Shown in pieces: positions 45,557 through 61,712 of a stretch of DNA of 64,000 nt. How positions within the stretch are numbered: the stretch's first letter is position 1; each line of letters starts with the position of its first letter. The translations under genes and the position numbers were made by a program. The stretch is from the human T2T-CHM13v2.0 reference genome, Homo sapiens: the NCBI RefSeq assembly GCF_009914755.1, contig NC_060933.1; one strand, written 5' to 3'. The notes under the pieces are model-generated. The model did not search any database. It saw only the letters and a program-made list of their open reading frames with translations, and had not been told where the DNA came from.

Positions 45557-45848
45557 TTTAAATTTTGAGACAGAGTCTCATTCTGTTGCCCAGGCTGGAG
45601 CTTGGTGGCATGCTCATGGCTCACTTGCAACCTTCTCTCCTGGGCTCAAGCGATCCTCCCAACTTAGCCTCACAAGTAGCTGGGACTACAAGCACATGCC
45701 ACCACACTTGGCTAATTTTTGTATTTTTTGTAGAGAAAGGATTTCACCATGTTGCCTAATTTGGTCTGGAACTCCTGGGCTCAAGCAATCCACCTGCCTT
45801 GGCCTGCCAAAGTGCTGGGATTACAGGTGTGAGCCGCTGTACTCGGCC
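45557..45848 (-). mobile_element. AluJ, antisense
   Basis: TSD aatttagtgtttt (45544-56, 45850-62). Confidence 0.92.
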
Positions 45849-47866
45849 AAATTTAGTGTTTTGATCGAGCAAGGATAACTCTTCTCTCCTCATTTTTGTC
45901 CCTTCAAATACTGCATTTCTAAGTGACAAGGTAGAAAATGTCCGTGGGGGGAATGTCTCCCTCCATGAGAATGAAATGGCCAAGGACAATCTGTTATTCA
46001 TGAATTGATATATAACATTCAACTTTTCATAAAAAGGATACATCTGCGAACTTTCTACATGTATACATCAGAAATGTGTTTTAAAAGGGATATGTACTTC
46101 ACTGGACAGATCAATTGTCCATAGCTACTCAGGCTACAGAGAAGTTAAAACTGAACGTTTATTTAAAATATCTTCATCCAGCCTTAATGCGAGCCTGGCT
46201 GGAATGATTCTACATCTCGTTAACTTCCTCTCTTCATTTCTCCACACAAAGACCTCATTTGTAAACTTTGCCCATATTCAGCCAGCTCCAGATGTTCCAA
46301 GGACAAACCATTATCACGACCAACTCAGTGTTTGCTGCATTTTCATAAGCACTTGGTGATCTCTCTTCAAATGATGACGGGAGTTCTTTAGACACAGAGA
46401 TTCTCCATCCTCTGATATTCCTCATTCTGAATTGGCTATCCAACTTTTTTTTCTAGTTTGTTAGCAATTTCAGAAAAAGGTCTACAATCAAATTTTCAAA
46501 GACCAGAAAAAGCAGTGATTCCAGATTGCAGATTTACTCTCTGTCCACTCAGATGTGCGGGGAAAATGTAGTTACTTAATTATCTATGAATCCTTTTCCC
46601 TACTAGCATCCACTTCCTCAAACTGAAACTTATCAGTTAGTAATATTGCAGTCTCTTCTGGTTTAGACAGTCACCCCTCCAGTTAAATATTCTGTTTATT
46701 CAAAGTTGAACTCTCTCAGGGTAGGTGTGAACTGTCCCTGTTTTATCCTCCATTTTTTAGGTGAGCACCATTGGAAACATAGGGTCCTTGTCCCATGTGG
46801 ACACACAGAGCTGAGAACATTGCCACAGGCCTCTCCATACTCACGCATTCCAGCTCTGCCTTAACTGTCACCTTCATGCTAAGTGTGGCTTTCAACTGTG
46901 TCATGTTGAGCCACTCTTGTACCTTCTTTAGTTTTGATCATGTGCATATATTAAAATAAATATTTAAAAAAATATTAAAATAAATATTAAAAAGTAAATA
47001 AGACTCCAAATGATTTTTTTTTCTAATGATAATTCTCAGAACCTGGATTTTCCATCACTTCTTTTAAAACTCACTCTGTAGGTACTTGCTGTTCTTAGAT
47101 ATTGTTTCTCAATACCGATGGTGACTTTCCCGGGCCTCAGATTTTTCCTGCTCTATGAAAGCTTCAACAATCCTAGAGCATGGATCAGCCAGTTTTCTTT
47201 AGCCTTAAACAACCACAGGAATCTCAGTTGATAAATTCTGCCTTACCTTCCTGCCGAATTAATTACATGTTGTTCAGCAAACAGTTCCGAATTTTCTCTC
47301 TGTAGAAGGCTCTGTGCTAAGACCTGTGGGAGGTACAAAAAATGAATAGGATGTAGTCCTTTTTCTAAGAAGCTTAGAGTTTAAACACTAAGTCTAAACC
47401 ATCAAGGTCTTATTTATCACGGACAGATTCTTCCATTCTTCTTCTCTTTCTTTGTCCATAGAGTAATATGAAAGGTGAAGGGTAAGTACTTTTTTCTTTT
47501 TACCAAGAAAGGCAGTTTACCAGAGTTGGTGGGCTGTAGCAGACAGTGGTGAGGGTTCCAGAATTTTACCTCACACATGGACGTGGATGTGGGTGCTTGG
47601 ACCAAGTGTGGCCTCTGAGTCTCACAAGACAGCTGGCCTATGCCTGGGCTCTCTGCTGACGTACCAGTTAAGCCACAATGAAGTAAATCATTCATAGTAA
47701 AGCCAACAAGAAGATATATCATATAATGAGAAGGATGTGACATTTTAACATAAAATATTACTTTTAAACCTGTTTACAAAATAATTTATGAAGACATCTT
47801 TATTTGAAGAAATGAAGTGTTTATAAAGAAAACAAACCAAATTCATCCAGCATAGGAAGCTGGTGA

Positions 47867-47925
47867 ATATATATATATATATACATACACACACACATAC
47901 ACACACATTATATATATACATGTAT
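47867..47925. repeat. Compound (TA)n(CA)n(TA)n microsatellite
   Basis: Direct reading. Confidence 0.85.
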
Positions 47926-48699
47926 ATGAAATCTTTTTAAATGATGGATGGCTATTTTTAAGTGTGGAAAAAAAAAAAGCCTTGGTACAGGTTAATCCAG
48001 TACAGCCCAAGTTCTAAATCACGGCATACACACCATGAAAAACACATTATTGCCAAAACAAGGATTTAATATTTATTTCATTCTGCTTTGCCAGCCAAAA
48101 TTGTATGGCTTGTCACAGCCTGTATTTTCTCATTATGACATTAGCAAAGAACACTGAGCTTTACTGAAGAAATTTAATTAAATTGAAAAGAAAGTGTTTG
48201 GCTCTAACTAAACTGGCACAATACAAGGAATTCTAGAACTGTATTCTGAGGGGTCTACTTTGTGAGGAATGGCAGGCCCTTGGATTCATTTTTCCCTAAA
48301 CCAGTATTTTCAGAAATGTCTATTTGCATAAAATCTCCAGGACACTATTTTGAATTTTCTGACATTATTGAATTAACAAAAATGTATTTGCCAATCATTA
48401 ACTCCTTGTTCAGGAACTAGATTCTAGGCCAACTGGAAACATTACTCAGGACCCTTGATACATCTTCCTGTCAGCTCCACATTTTGTTAATTTGGTTATT
48501 TTGCAGATCTTCCATCAAAGATTGATCAAGTGAGATGGAACATAGCAAGTTTTCTGCTTTAACCACTTTAGTTAAGATCCCAAATTATTAATTTCTGTTT
48601 TTTTCTCTGCCATCTCTAGCTCATCATTGGCAAAGGGTAAGTTAATGCTAAACAGGTATAGACGTGCATTTTATCTAAGCATTTCAAAATAGCACGCTA

Positions 48700-49430
48700 A
48701 ACTTTAATTTTGAAAAGTTTATACAATAAAAATATGTAAAAGTAGACCAAATATTGTAATGAATCCACATATACTCTGTGCTCTATTTTTAACTCATGGC
48801 CAATCTAGGTTTTTTTGTTTGTTTGTTTGTTTGTTTAACTGCCTCTCTTCCCATATAATTTGAAACACATCCAAGACATCACATCATTTTACTCATATGT
48901 ACTTTAGTAGGAATCCCTAAAAGCTAAGGACTCTTTAAAAAAAAAAAAAACTACAATACCATTATAATGGATTAAAAATATTAATAATTCTTACTAATCA
49001 TCAAATGTCAGTGTTCAAATTTCTAATTGTTTCAGAAACAACTTTTTGTGGTTTGGATCAGGATTTAAATAGAATCTACTTGCTAAGTTCCTTGTCACTC
49101 TGATTTTTTCATTTTGAAAGTATTTGTTGAAGATATTGGTTTGTTTATCCCAGAGCATCTGGATTTTGCTGATTACACCACATTGTTTCATTTAACACAC
49201 TCCTCTCTTGTGCGTTTTTTCTGTAAATGGATTGTAGGATCCTACAGGTTGAGTCAGTCAGATTTAGGTCTGACTTCATATTTGATGTCTCCCCTCATCA
49301 GGAGGCACATCATGTCAGAATGCCTTTCTTTCTGCAATGTTAGTACCTGTTGATGACCACTGATTAGACTCATTCATTCATCAGGAGTGGTAAAATGGGG
49401 ATGTTCTAATTTTATTATATGTCTGCTAGA
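48700..49430 (-). mobile_element. L1MC-like fragment, antisense
   Basis: Resembles L1MC4/5 3' end in reverse (atccaagacatcacatcattt; catctggattttgctgatt; catcaggaggcacat). Confidence 0.55.
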
Positions 49431-50575
49431 CTGCACAAAGGAATTTTAAACAAAAGAGTACCTGTCACATAGTAGGTGCGCAATAAAATACGTATTGAAT
49501 GGGTTAATTTCCATAAGAACCCCTATGACAAGGGAGCAGAGGACAGGAAAACTAAGAAGGCCTTGAGATGTGTTCCATCTTAGGGCCAGCACCAAGCGTT
49601 CTTGGATGATTAAAGAGCCTTCACAGTTGACCAAGCCTGTGACATGCTGTTCTTGCAAAGGCTTCCTAAAGAAAAATGTGATAGTCTTACTAGACTCAAA
49701 GCTCAGCCTAATTTATAGCAAAACAACTTTGCCTTTTATCTGCCATTTAGCTGTATGCCTACTAAACAGTAAATCAAAAGAATCTCTATAAATATCAGCT
49801 TGATTTTTGCCCTTGACACAGTGTATATAAAATACCTATGGTGTGGGTAGGTTTGAAAGCACTGTAGGCTTTTATCTTTATTTTTCTGACAACACAGAGC
49901 ACATAATCACAGTAAATGTTTTTAGTGCCAAAAATTTGTTCATGGGCATTGTAATCATGATGCACAGGTATCAAGTTCTTATATTTAAGATACAGGGTGT
50001 AGTGTTTTACATTCTTTATTGCTGAATATTTTGGTTTTCACTTACTTATACATGTGGAAAGCAGTATAACAAATATTCATTCCTACTGTGTTCAGAGCAC
50101 ACAGCAAAATGCACTAAGTCAAACCAGTCTTTGTTGAGAAATGAAGTCTTGTGTGTATGATACAAAGAATATAGGTGTAACCTGAGGTAGAATTTTATAT
50201 GACAGAGGGACACTAATAATGTGCTTGGGTCTTCAGAGGGGAGACATATCCCAATAGTTTGTTGAAATCATTAGTAAATTTGCATGGAGTGGGGACAGGC
50301 TTTGAAAAAACAGTAGGATTTGAAAAGATGGTAAGGACCATCTAGAAGAAACGACATGAGCAGAAGCATCAGAGTTTACATCTTCAGAGCACATTCAGGG
50401 GTAAAGAGCTCCAGTTAGACTAGCCTGGCAAATGTCTCTAGGCAGGCATTAAGTAACAAAAAGACATTGGCTAGGGCCATATTAGTGAGGACTTTCTATG
50501 TCAAATTGAAGCACTGGCACCAAGCAGTGGTGAGAGACTGAAGGCTTTGAGTAGGGATGTGATGTGACCTGGTCA

Positions 50576-50944
<369 letters not shown>

Positions 50945-51139
50945 TCATTATCATTAGAGAGAAGGAACGTTTTGATAATAGAAGCTGCAGGATTGGGTGA
51001 CTCAGTGAAGGAAAAGTAGCCATGAAGTATGAAATCGCATTAGAATGATTTCAAATAAAAGAGGGAAGTGAGGAAAAAGAACTGCTTTGGAGTGAGGTAA
51101 GAATTTAGGGTTATAGCATGGCCATGTGTAGACATTTAG

Positions 51140-51437
51140 ATGGTCATGGTGGCTCACGCCTGTAATCCCAGCACTTTAGGAGGCCGAGGTGGTTGGATCG
51201 CTTGAGCCCAGGAGTTCAAGACCAGCCTGGGCAGCAAGGCAAAACCCCATCTCCACAAAAAATTAGTCAGGTGTGGTGGCATGTGCCTGTAGTTCCAGCC
51301 ACTCGGGAGGCTGAGATGAGAGGATCACTTGAGCCCAAAAGGTCAAGGCTGCAGTGAGTCATGTTTGCACCACTGCCTCCAGCCTGGGTGATGGAGTGAG
51401 ACCCTGTTTCAAAAAAATATTTTTTTAATTTAAAAAA
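51140..51437 (+). mobile_element. AluJ
   Basis: J-type features; shortened middle A-linker. Confidence 0.9.
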
Positions 51438-53962
51438 GAAGTTTAGAGATGTTCTGAAGGAAATATATTGGGCTGCAGCTTAGGAATGAAGTCAGATTAA
51501 ATGCAACAATTTAGGAATTTTCTGTAGAAAGATGGTAATTGGAATCTACCTTTAAGAAGATCTCAAATCTATCCACTTCTCCCTCGAGCTCCCCAGCTGC
51601 CCCTACTCATTCAAGTATTACCCTCTCTTACCTGGACTGCTGAAATACCCCCCAGTCGAAAGTAGGTACTTCCTGTGGGATCTTCCCACAGCTCTCTGAT
51701 TTTTCCCTCCAGGCCTTATTACAATGTGTAATTCGGGCTTGTTTAATGTTGAGTATGGAATAATTATCTGTTGTTTTATCCCTGAAGATCCATCAACTTC
51801 CACAGTGCGTGGCACTCAAACATTTTTTTTTCCAACAAAAGAGTCAATGAATGTAAGTACTAGAAAGTAGAAAAAACAGAGAGCTTTGGGTGAACATCTT
51901 TAGGGCACAGGAAGAAAAAGTGGAAAAGTCAAATAGACAAAGAACCAAGAGAAGCCAGGGCACAATAGCTAAGGGAGAGGGGAGATTCAAGGTGGGCTGG
52001 TCATAGGGATCGATTCTGCAGGTGGAGGAATAACATGAATAGCTGACATTAATTGAGTGCTTTTTGTGTGCCTAAGACTTGGCACGGATTAACTCAGTTA
52101 ATCTTCACAGTAACTTTGGTAGGAATTATTTGGTAGGAATCCCTATTATAGAGATAATACAGGTGAGAATAGATACCAGAAATGTTAAATACTTTGCCCA
52201 AAAACAAGCAAGTGGGGGAGCCATGAGTCAAACCAGGCCATCTGGTTCCAGAGCAAGGAGACTGAACCACCCTGCAGCCACACCAGCTCCTGCTAGCAGT
52301 AAGACAGAAGATAGTTTGCAGTGTGATGTGGTGTTAAAGATGTAAAAGCAAAAGGAGGACCAGCTGCTCTTTGTAGCCTTTAGTCATGAAGAGAGGATGG
52401 CAATGCCTATGATTCTGAGTTAGGATATTTCCACATTAGGTCCCCAAATCTACAGAAGTTACAGGAGCACTCATGCATCACCAGTCATGAAAACCTGAGG
52501 AATATGCTCTCATTTCAAGAACAGGTAGTTTTTGATTGTGTCTTCAGGGTACTCTAGCAGCTGCTTTGACATTGACTTTGACATTGACTTTTTTACTACA
52601 TTCCAATGTTGTTATTGACTTAAATTAGTCCTTGAGAGAGAAGGAAGAAAGAATCTGACTTTGGCAATAGAAAGCCTTGCAGTATTCCAACTTGCTTTCA
52701 GTTTTAAATAGTTCTGTGAATCATTCCTGTTTCCTTTTTTTACAAGTAGGGAAGTAAAGTCCTGCCAGAGCTAGACGGAAAGGCACCTGTATTTGCATTG
52801 TAACCTGAGTTTTGAATAGTAAATGCACAGGTACAGAATATACTAGCAACAGTAAGGTCAGGCAGACATTCTGGAAATGTGCACCTGAGTGATGAACTGG
52901 ACTAACTGGTGTCTGTCATGTTGCAGAATGTTGCTAACTCTTAAAGCTCACACATGTTAAGTTGTTGGCAGATTTATCAATTCTTTTAATTAAAGGACTG
53001 GGATGATATGAGTAACGGAACTATTTTGTTCCTAATTGATGCAAATCTTAAAAGTACGTGACTAAAATCTGTTCCCAGAGTTTCTCATTACAGAAGCCTT
53101 TTAATTTGTTTTAAAATATATGCATATACATTTCTCTTTTTGTTCCTTCAGATTTCTTAATCGATGGTGATTTTTCCCAACCCAAACTCTAACTGCAATG
53201 GCCAGCTTTCCACATATGGGGATAGAATTTCTTTTTTTAAGCCTTCCACACTGAAAGTAGGGGTCTTGGCCTCACGAGGACAACTCAGCACCCTTCCCAG
53301 ATGCTGGCAATCCAAAAGAAGAGTACAGAGGAGATGAAGCTCTTTTTAATATTTTTTATCACTTTTTCAAAAGTTAATTCTCTCTTGGAATTTATTCTTT
53401 AAAAAAAAAAATCGGACCCCTTACAGGATCAGGATAGTGTCTTACTTTATCCAATAGTTCAGTTTGGACCACACAGCCTGACTTTGTCTCACCTGTAAAA
53501 TTGCACAGTTCTCTTAGGCCTGTTCATGGGCCGGGAAAAAAGACTGCAAGTACAAAACACATGGTTCAGGTTGAATATTGCAGGAAAAATATAAGAAAAA
53601 GTATTTCATTTTTAAAAAAATCTTCTTAACAATTAATTCATGGATGCTTTGCTGAGGAAAATGCTTTGCAGAGGTTGAATATTGCATGACAATATAAAAA
53701 AAGCATTTTTTTAAAAAAAACAAAGGTTTTTAACAAGCAGAATTCATTCATGGATACTCTGTGGAGGAAAATCATGGTGTCCGGAATGTTTTTAAGCTTG
53801 ACCACTCCTAACTTGAGTAAATGATTCTGGGTGCCTTTTGGGAACATCCACAGTATTGTCAGAGTCTTCTTAGGACCTGCTTTTGAAGCCAGCTTACTGC
53901 TTTGGAGGATGCTTTGGGCTGTGCAGGGCAGAAGACTGTGTTTTTGCCAATTGAAAATTCCT

Positions 53963-54518
<556 letters not shown>

Positions 54519-56120
54519 TCACCGTGAATTATAATCATAGTGATAAGAGCTAGCAATTAATTAAGCACTTTATGCTAGAGACTTTTCTAAGCACTTGACT
54601 TGCATTGTCACATTTAATTTTTACAAGCACCCTATATGATATGTAATAGTGTCAGCATTTTACAGATGAGGAAACTGAGACACAAGGAGATGATGTGACC
54701 TGCCTAAGGTCACAGAGTCCATGCTCTTCATCCCTCATCCCCCATGTCCTTATCCAAGTCTCTCCGAGAAAGGAAGCGCTAGCACTGATAAATATGAGTA
54801 GGGAAGTTAGCATCTGCAAATGGTCATTCATTGTGAAGAGTTGTTGAAGCTGTCTCGGGGGGTACTGTTGCCAAGCCATCATTTCAGTATGGTTGAGAAT
54901 TAGAAAGGTTAAGGCCCTTCTACCACTTGTTTCTGTCTGAAGAAAGCATCTAATATCTGTTAGTGTTTTCTTTTAAGAGTCTGGCCCTTGGTGCTTCTGA
55001 CATAAAACAGTCTTTCTTTCTCCCATGGTCTGTGCTACTGTATGGTGCAGTGAGGCACTGATAACACCTCCATGGAGAACCAGCCAAAGGGTCTGGTACT
55101 CAAGCATTGGATCAGTGGTAAGAAGGATTTCCTATCACCCCTCCCTTCCTCCTCCAACTTGACATCACTCCTCCTTCCATTAGGAAGGCTGGTTCCACAT
55201 TGTTATCAAGCCATTCTTAGATCACTTGGGTTAGGAAATCCCACAGCCCAAACCTCTTAAGTGATAAGATTCTACTCTGAGCTCCTGCCTGACTCCCTTC
55301 TGAACTTGACTTTTTGAAAGATGAAGTGTGAACCCTCTGGAATAATTGATACCCATTTGCAGCCCACTCTCAGTTCTCATTGATGGCAAAGATGCCTGTA
55401 ATACAGAATAACCTATTTCTTGAAGGCCATATGCCATACTTCACAAAGCCTTTTCTCAGGTGGCATCCATGAAGTGGCAGCCACAGGTAACTGAATCTTC
55501 AGGCCTGATCCCCTCTTTACTATATCATAAATATCAAAAGGCAGTTGGGCTGAACAAGAACAAGAAGCATAAGAAATTCTGGATTATTTTATCCCTAAAC
55601 AATTATCTATAGGCTATGATCCTTCAGGGTGTTTCCTAGCTAAAGTATAGGAACAGCTTCTCATGTTGGTTCAGAGACAGCCGTTCTGACAACCAGGGTT
55701 GTCTTGCTTTTCTGAGCAGCTTTGTGTGAGAAATACCAGGTATTAAGAAGTCTGTTGTAGGGGAGAATCATATACAGACTAGTAGAAAAAGAACTTTATC
55801 ATAGAGGAAAACACCCAGTTTGCAGGCATTCTTCCTGAACACTGCTCTTCCGTCTGAAAAGGTCCTGAGTGTCAAAGCCCCACCTATACCCTGAAGCCAT
55901 CTCAACAGACTCGGACCCAGACCTTTGTCTCCTGTCATTTTCTTTTCAGAGCATTGCCATCTCTTTTGTCTGGCTGCATCCAACTATTTTTAATTCCCTT
56001 GCCTCCCCACTGTCTGCTGAGTGGATAATTAAACATGAAGTACTATGCTTTGTTGAGATTATATTTTTAAAGGACTTGCTACAGGGAACTGAACGGCACC
56101 TTCGAAAGACAGACTTTGAG

Positions 56121-56495
<375 letters not shown>

Positions 56496-56589
56496 CTAGA
56501 AAAGATACATTCTAGCTGTGTCTTCATGCTGAGGAAGATACAAGCGTACAAACTTACAAGCTTGTAGAGACTATTGGTTGTTGGTTTCT

Positions 56590-56810
56590 CTGCTCTACTG
56601 CTTAAGAGTGTGGACACCGGAGTTGACTGCTTGGGTCTCTGTCACTTATGTGCTGTGTGATATTGAGCAGATTACCTTATCTCTCTGTGCCTCCAGTTTT
56701 TCATCTGTAAAATAGACAATAGTAGTACCTAGCTTATAGAGTTGTTGAGATTGAATGCAAATGAGCTTCCTAGCACTGGCACATGGAAAGTACTCAATCC
56801 GTGCTATTAG
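56590..56810 (+). mobile_element. MIR
   Basis: ctgtgcctccagtttttcatctgtaaaatag...gcactggcacatggaaagtactcaat. Confidence 0.7.
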
Positions 56811-57076
56811 TGAAACTTTCATGGAGGGTTGAGAAAACATGTGCTTGTTTCAGATTTGCATAAAATTCCCATCTTGGAGCCATTGTGATAATCCTTCCTG
56901 CATGTGGCCTAATAATAACCTCAAGTGTTTTTATTTTGATTCTTCATCTCTCAGCCACCCCGCTGGGAGGAATAACAGGAGCTGTGTGTCTGTATATCTA
57001 GAGCTCTCTGATAATGAGTAGATGAGACGAACAGGCCTTTGGGTTGACTGGCTTCCTGGTTCTTTTTCTCATTCAG

Positions 57077-57288
57077 GTGCTAGAAAGCTTCAAGATCATG
57101 GATTATAGCCTTCTGTTGGGAATTCATTTCCTGGACCATTCCCTCAAAGAGAAAGAGGAGGAGACCCCACAAAATGTGCCTGATGCTAAGCGGACTGGGA
57201 TGCAGAAGGTTCTCTACTCAACAGCCATGGAATCTATCCAGGGTCCAGGGAAATCTGGAGATGGGATAATCACAGAGAACCCAGACAC
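57077..57288 (+). CDS. PIP5K1B: PIP5K1B coding exon E (212 nt, phase 0 to 2): VLESFKIMDYSLLLGIHF...ITENPD(T)
   Basis: Acceptor tttttctcattcag|GTG, donor AC|gtaagt; overlaps ORF 57044..57292; MDYSLL catalytic motif followed by the kinase insert. Confidence 0.97.
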
Positions 57289-57595
57289 GTAAGTGCAGCC
57301 ACACACCTACCCACCCTCTTGACTGTGGCAGCCCACGTCACTGGGTAATTATAGACAGTCACATTCACCTTAGGGTGGGACTCTAGGAATTAATTTCTAC
57401 TTGGTGCTAAAATGGGTTAAACTGGTCTCCATTTCTATTCATCTAAAGATAACTAGATGAGTGGCAGTTTCTCCAGTTATTACTCCTTCACCCACTTGGT
57501 TTCTTTTTTTAACAATGGCTGAAAATGTTTTTGTCCCCATTAACTACATATTCAAAACATTCACCACAAGAGGAAGGAATAGACTTTGAATTTGA

Positions 57596-57922
<327 letters not shown>

Positions 57923-59007
57923 TAAAGATGTTTTAAGCAAATACACAATAAGAATGATGTTCGCAATTCAGAGCTTTTTATCTGCCTAAGGGGATTCTGT
58001 TGTTCTAGTCCTGCACCCTGACAGATGTGGTCTCTCGTCTCAGCCAGATGTGGTAGTAACTACAGGATTAATTTGCATGTGTAAAATGCATATTGACTAA
58101 CAGAAACAACTGCAACCAAAGTAAGTTATTGAAATGGCAGACTGCATCAGTTATGTGTACTAGCTGAGCAAGGAGACTGAAAGAAAGCAATCATTTTCCA
58201 AGGCCATAAGTGCCTGCCTTCTAGAATTCTCCAACGATGACTAAACCATGGGCATATTTCATTTTTGTAAAGGAAATTAACACATATTAAATATTTTTTG
58301 AAAAGTTCTTTCTTGCAAATCGATCTAACTGTCCAATAATCAGTTAAATTATCCTATATCAGTATGGTGAAATACAATAAGGCTATTAAAAACCACGCTA
58401 GCATTGAATATAAGGAAATGTTTGTCATTTAGCAAGTAAAAAAATCAGGTTATAAAACATGATAAATAATACCTTTTCTTGACTAATAAATACATACACA
58501 CACACACATACTAGAAAAGCGTACCAGATATTAAGTAGTTATCTTTGCATCCTAGGAATAACTGTTTAATTATATTTTTTCTTTGTGTTTTTCTGTATTT
58601 TATTTTTAAAAGTAAACATACATTACTCTTTTGATCAGAAAAAAGTATTGCATTTTTTAAAAGGAATATTTTATAATGGTCTAAAAATTCTTGCTCATAG
58701 TTTTAAAGTAGGAATAAGTTTTAAATTGGATTCTTCCCATCCAACTCTTCACGGTTAGCAGCTACGATATTATTCTCCTTTGTAGGGAAGTATTAATACA
58801 TCATTCTGGATTCCCAGGATGACCTTAACTGATGGCCAAAAAACAAAAACAAAAAGGAACAAACAAAAAAAAAAGATGAATGGGAGATAGCCCAGAATTC
58901 TTAAAAATTGTCAATTTTTATTTTCAGTCTATTTATTAGAAATGATTTTTTAACTTCCTATTCTTATAATATGTAATCAAATATTTTCTCTTTTGCTCCA
59001 TCAACAG

Positions 59008-59091
59008 AATGGGAGGCATTCCAGCTAAAAGCCATAGGGGAGAAAAACTACTTTTATTTATGGGCATTATTGACATTCTGCAATCATATAG
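59008..59091 (+). CDS. PIP5K1B: PIP5K1B coding exon F (84 nt, phase 2 to 2): (T)[27 protein letters not shown](R)
   Basis: Acceptor ttttgctccatcaacag|A, donor AG|gtaaga; GIIDILQ motif. Confidence 0.96.
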
Positions 59092-59209
59092 GTAAGAAGT
59101 TTGAGGAGTGGTCTTTTATTATTTCAAAATCAATCTACAAAAGGTTCTGAAAAATCACCAAATGAGAGTGATTTTACATTCTCATTTCAATTTTTCCATT
59201 TATATTTAG

Positions 59210-59258
59210 GTTAATGAAGAAGTTAGAACATTCCTGGAAAGCTCTTGTTTATGATGGG
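59210..59258 (+). CDS. PIP5K1B: PIP5K1B coding exon G (49 nt, phase 2 to 0): (R)LMKKLEHSWKALVYDG
   Basis: Acceptor tatatttag|G, donor GGG|gtaagt; KKLEHSWK activation loop of type I PIPKs. Confidence 0.95.
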
Positions 59259-59804
59259 GTAAGTGACTTATTTTCCTTATTATACTGTATATATTTCTGC
59301 TTTCTCAGAGACTTCAGAGTATGTGCAGGAAACTGTGTTGCTAGACTCTAAGAGGAAATGAAACAACGGTCTTTATAAACTCAGAATCTTAGGTTAGTAG
59401 ATCAGTTCAAATCTAAGAATAAGGACAACATAAATTTGAATAGCTCTTCAAATACATGACATCCAGCCTAGCGGCCAGAAAAACAAAATGATATCTGTGT
59501 CTATGTGAAATCCAAAGGACCTAACTTTGAGAGAGGTCTTTTTTTGTAGGGATGATCAGTAGGGCATTTGAAATGAAGTTCTCACACAACCAAGCTACAG
59601 TAAGTGTGAGTCCTGACTCTGATGGTGAACAGCCTGGATTTGAACTCTGCATTCACTGCTGAACTAGCCATGTGACCAGGCACAATGCTGGTTATTTGGC
59701 CTCTTACCCTTGTTTCTCACCTGTACCAGGGGGATAGTAATGACACCTGCTTGGTGTGAACATGGGACAAAAAAATGCATTTCAGTGTTCAACACAATGC
59801 CTAA

Positions 59805-60197
<393 letters not shown>

Positions 60198-60289
60198 AAG
60201 AATGTCTTAATTGATGTAACTGAAGAAAAAAATCAGTTAACAAAGAGCAGTTTCTCCCATCTTTCTCTCTCCTTCTTTCTCCCATTCCG

Positions 60290-60326
60290 TCTCTGTCTCT
60301 CTGTCTCTCTCTCTCACACACATACA

Positions 60327-60361
<35 letters not shown>
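60290..60361. repeat. (TC)n(CA)n compound microsatellite
   Basis: Direct reading. Confidence 0.9.
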
Positions 60362-60364
<3 letters not shown>

Positions 60365-60709
60365 GTCCCATCTAGACATTAGATTTCTACTTCCTGCTAC
60401 TAACAACATTTATTGGCCTAAGTTAATAACTTGAAGTAGCAATTCCAAAGAATATTTTGGTCAAGGATTTGGTCACACATTTCCTTTTAAGATGTTAGCA
60501 GATACTTTCTTTTGAAAGAGAATAAATTATAGATGATCTTCTTCTTCTTTCTTGGAAAGGAGCACATAATTTCTCAGTTCTGTGGAAGACTGTTAATAAC
60601 CTTTCAGCATGAAAGATCTACATTTTGTCCACCGCTAAGGACTGACTTCAGTCATAATGCACTTTTAAACAACAGGTTCACACATTTATTTCCAAGAATT
60701 AACCTCTAA

Positions 60710-60851
60710 GCTGGGTGTAGGGGCATGTGCTGGTAGTCCTGGCTACTCAAGAGACTGGGGCAGGATGATCACTTGAGCCCAGGAGTTCAAGTCCAGTCTT
60801 GAATATAGCAAGACCCTGTCTCTAAAAGAAAATTTTTTAATTAAAAAAAAA
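60710..60851 (+). mobile_element. Alu monomer (FLAM_A-like)
   Basis: About 115-bp monomer plus A tail; TSD aagaattaacctc (60694-706, 60852-64). Confidence 0.88.
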
Positions 60852-61049
60852 AAGAATTAACCTCAATCTTACTGAGATCAAAAATTCCTCCTATGAAAGA
60901 AGGTCAATATGGTAGGTTAATTTAATGTTTCCTTCCAGCTGAGAAAGGAAGGGACTGCATACATAGTACCTCGAACATTGAAGGGGAGAGAGTGAATACC
61001 CTCATTCCATTCCCCTCCTGTTTTCTGAGACCATTTCAATTTCCTGTTA

Positions 61050-61408
<359 letters not shown>

Positions 61409-61712
61409 TATACCTATCATCTGCTTTTCTTTTCTTTTTAATGAAAATTTCTGTGCTGGTTATATATCATGAACCTATTTTTGTTTGTTTTCAGACATGG
61501 CTCTTACTTAAACAATGTTTATTCATGCCAAAGCGAACAACAATGTAACTTCTCTTTATAGGCAACGGCTGAACTTTAATCCTCTATGGATACCCCTCAG
61601 GCTCTTGCCTTCTGCTGATATTTCTAAATTACTGCCTTGTTGGAAGAATGTGTCCACTTCAGGCAGATACTGCCAGGATACCAGAAAGAGTACATTTTAA
61701 AAGATGTAGCAG

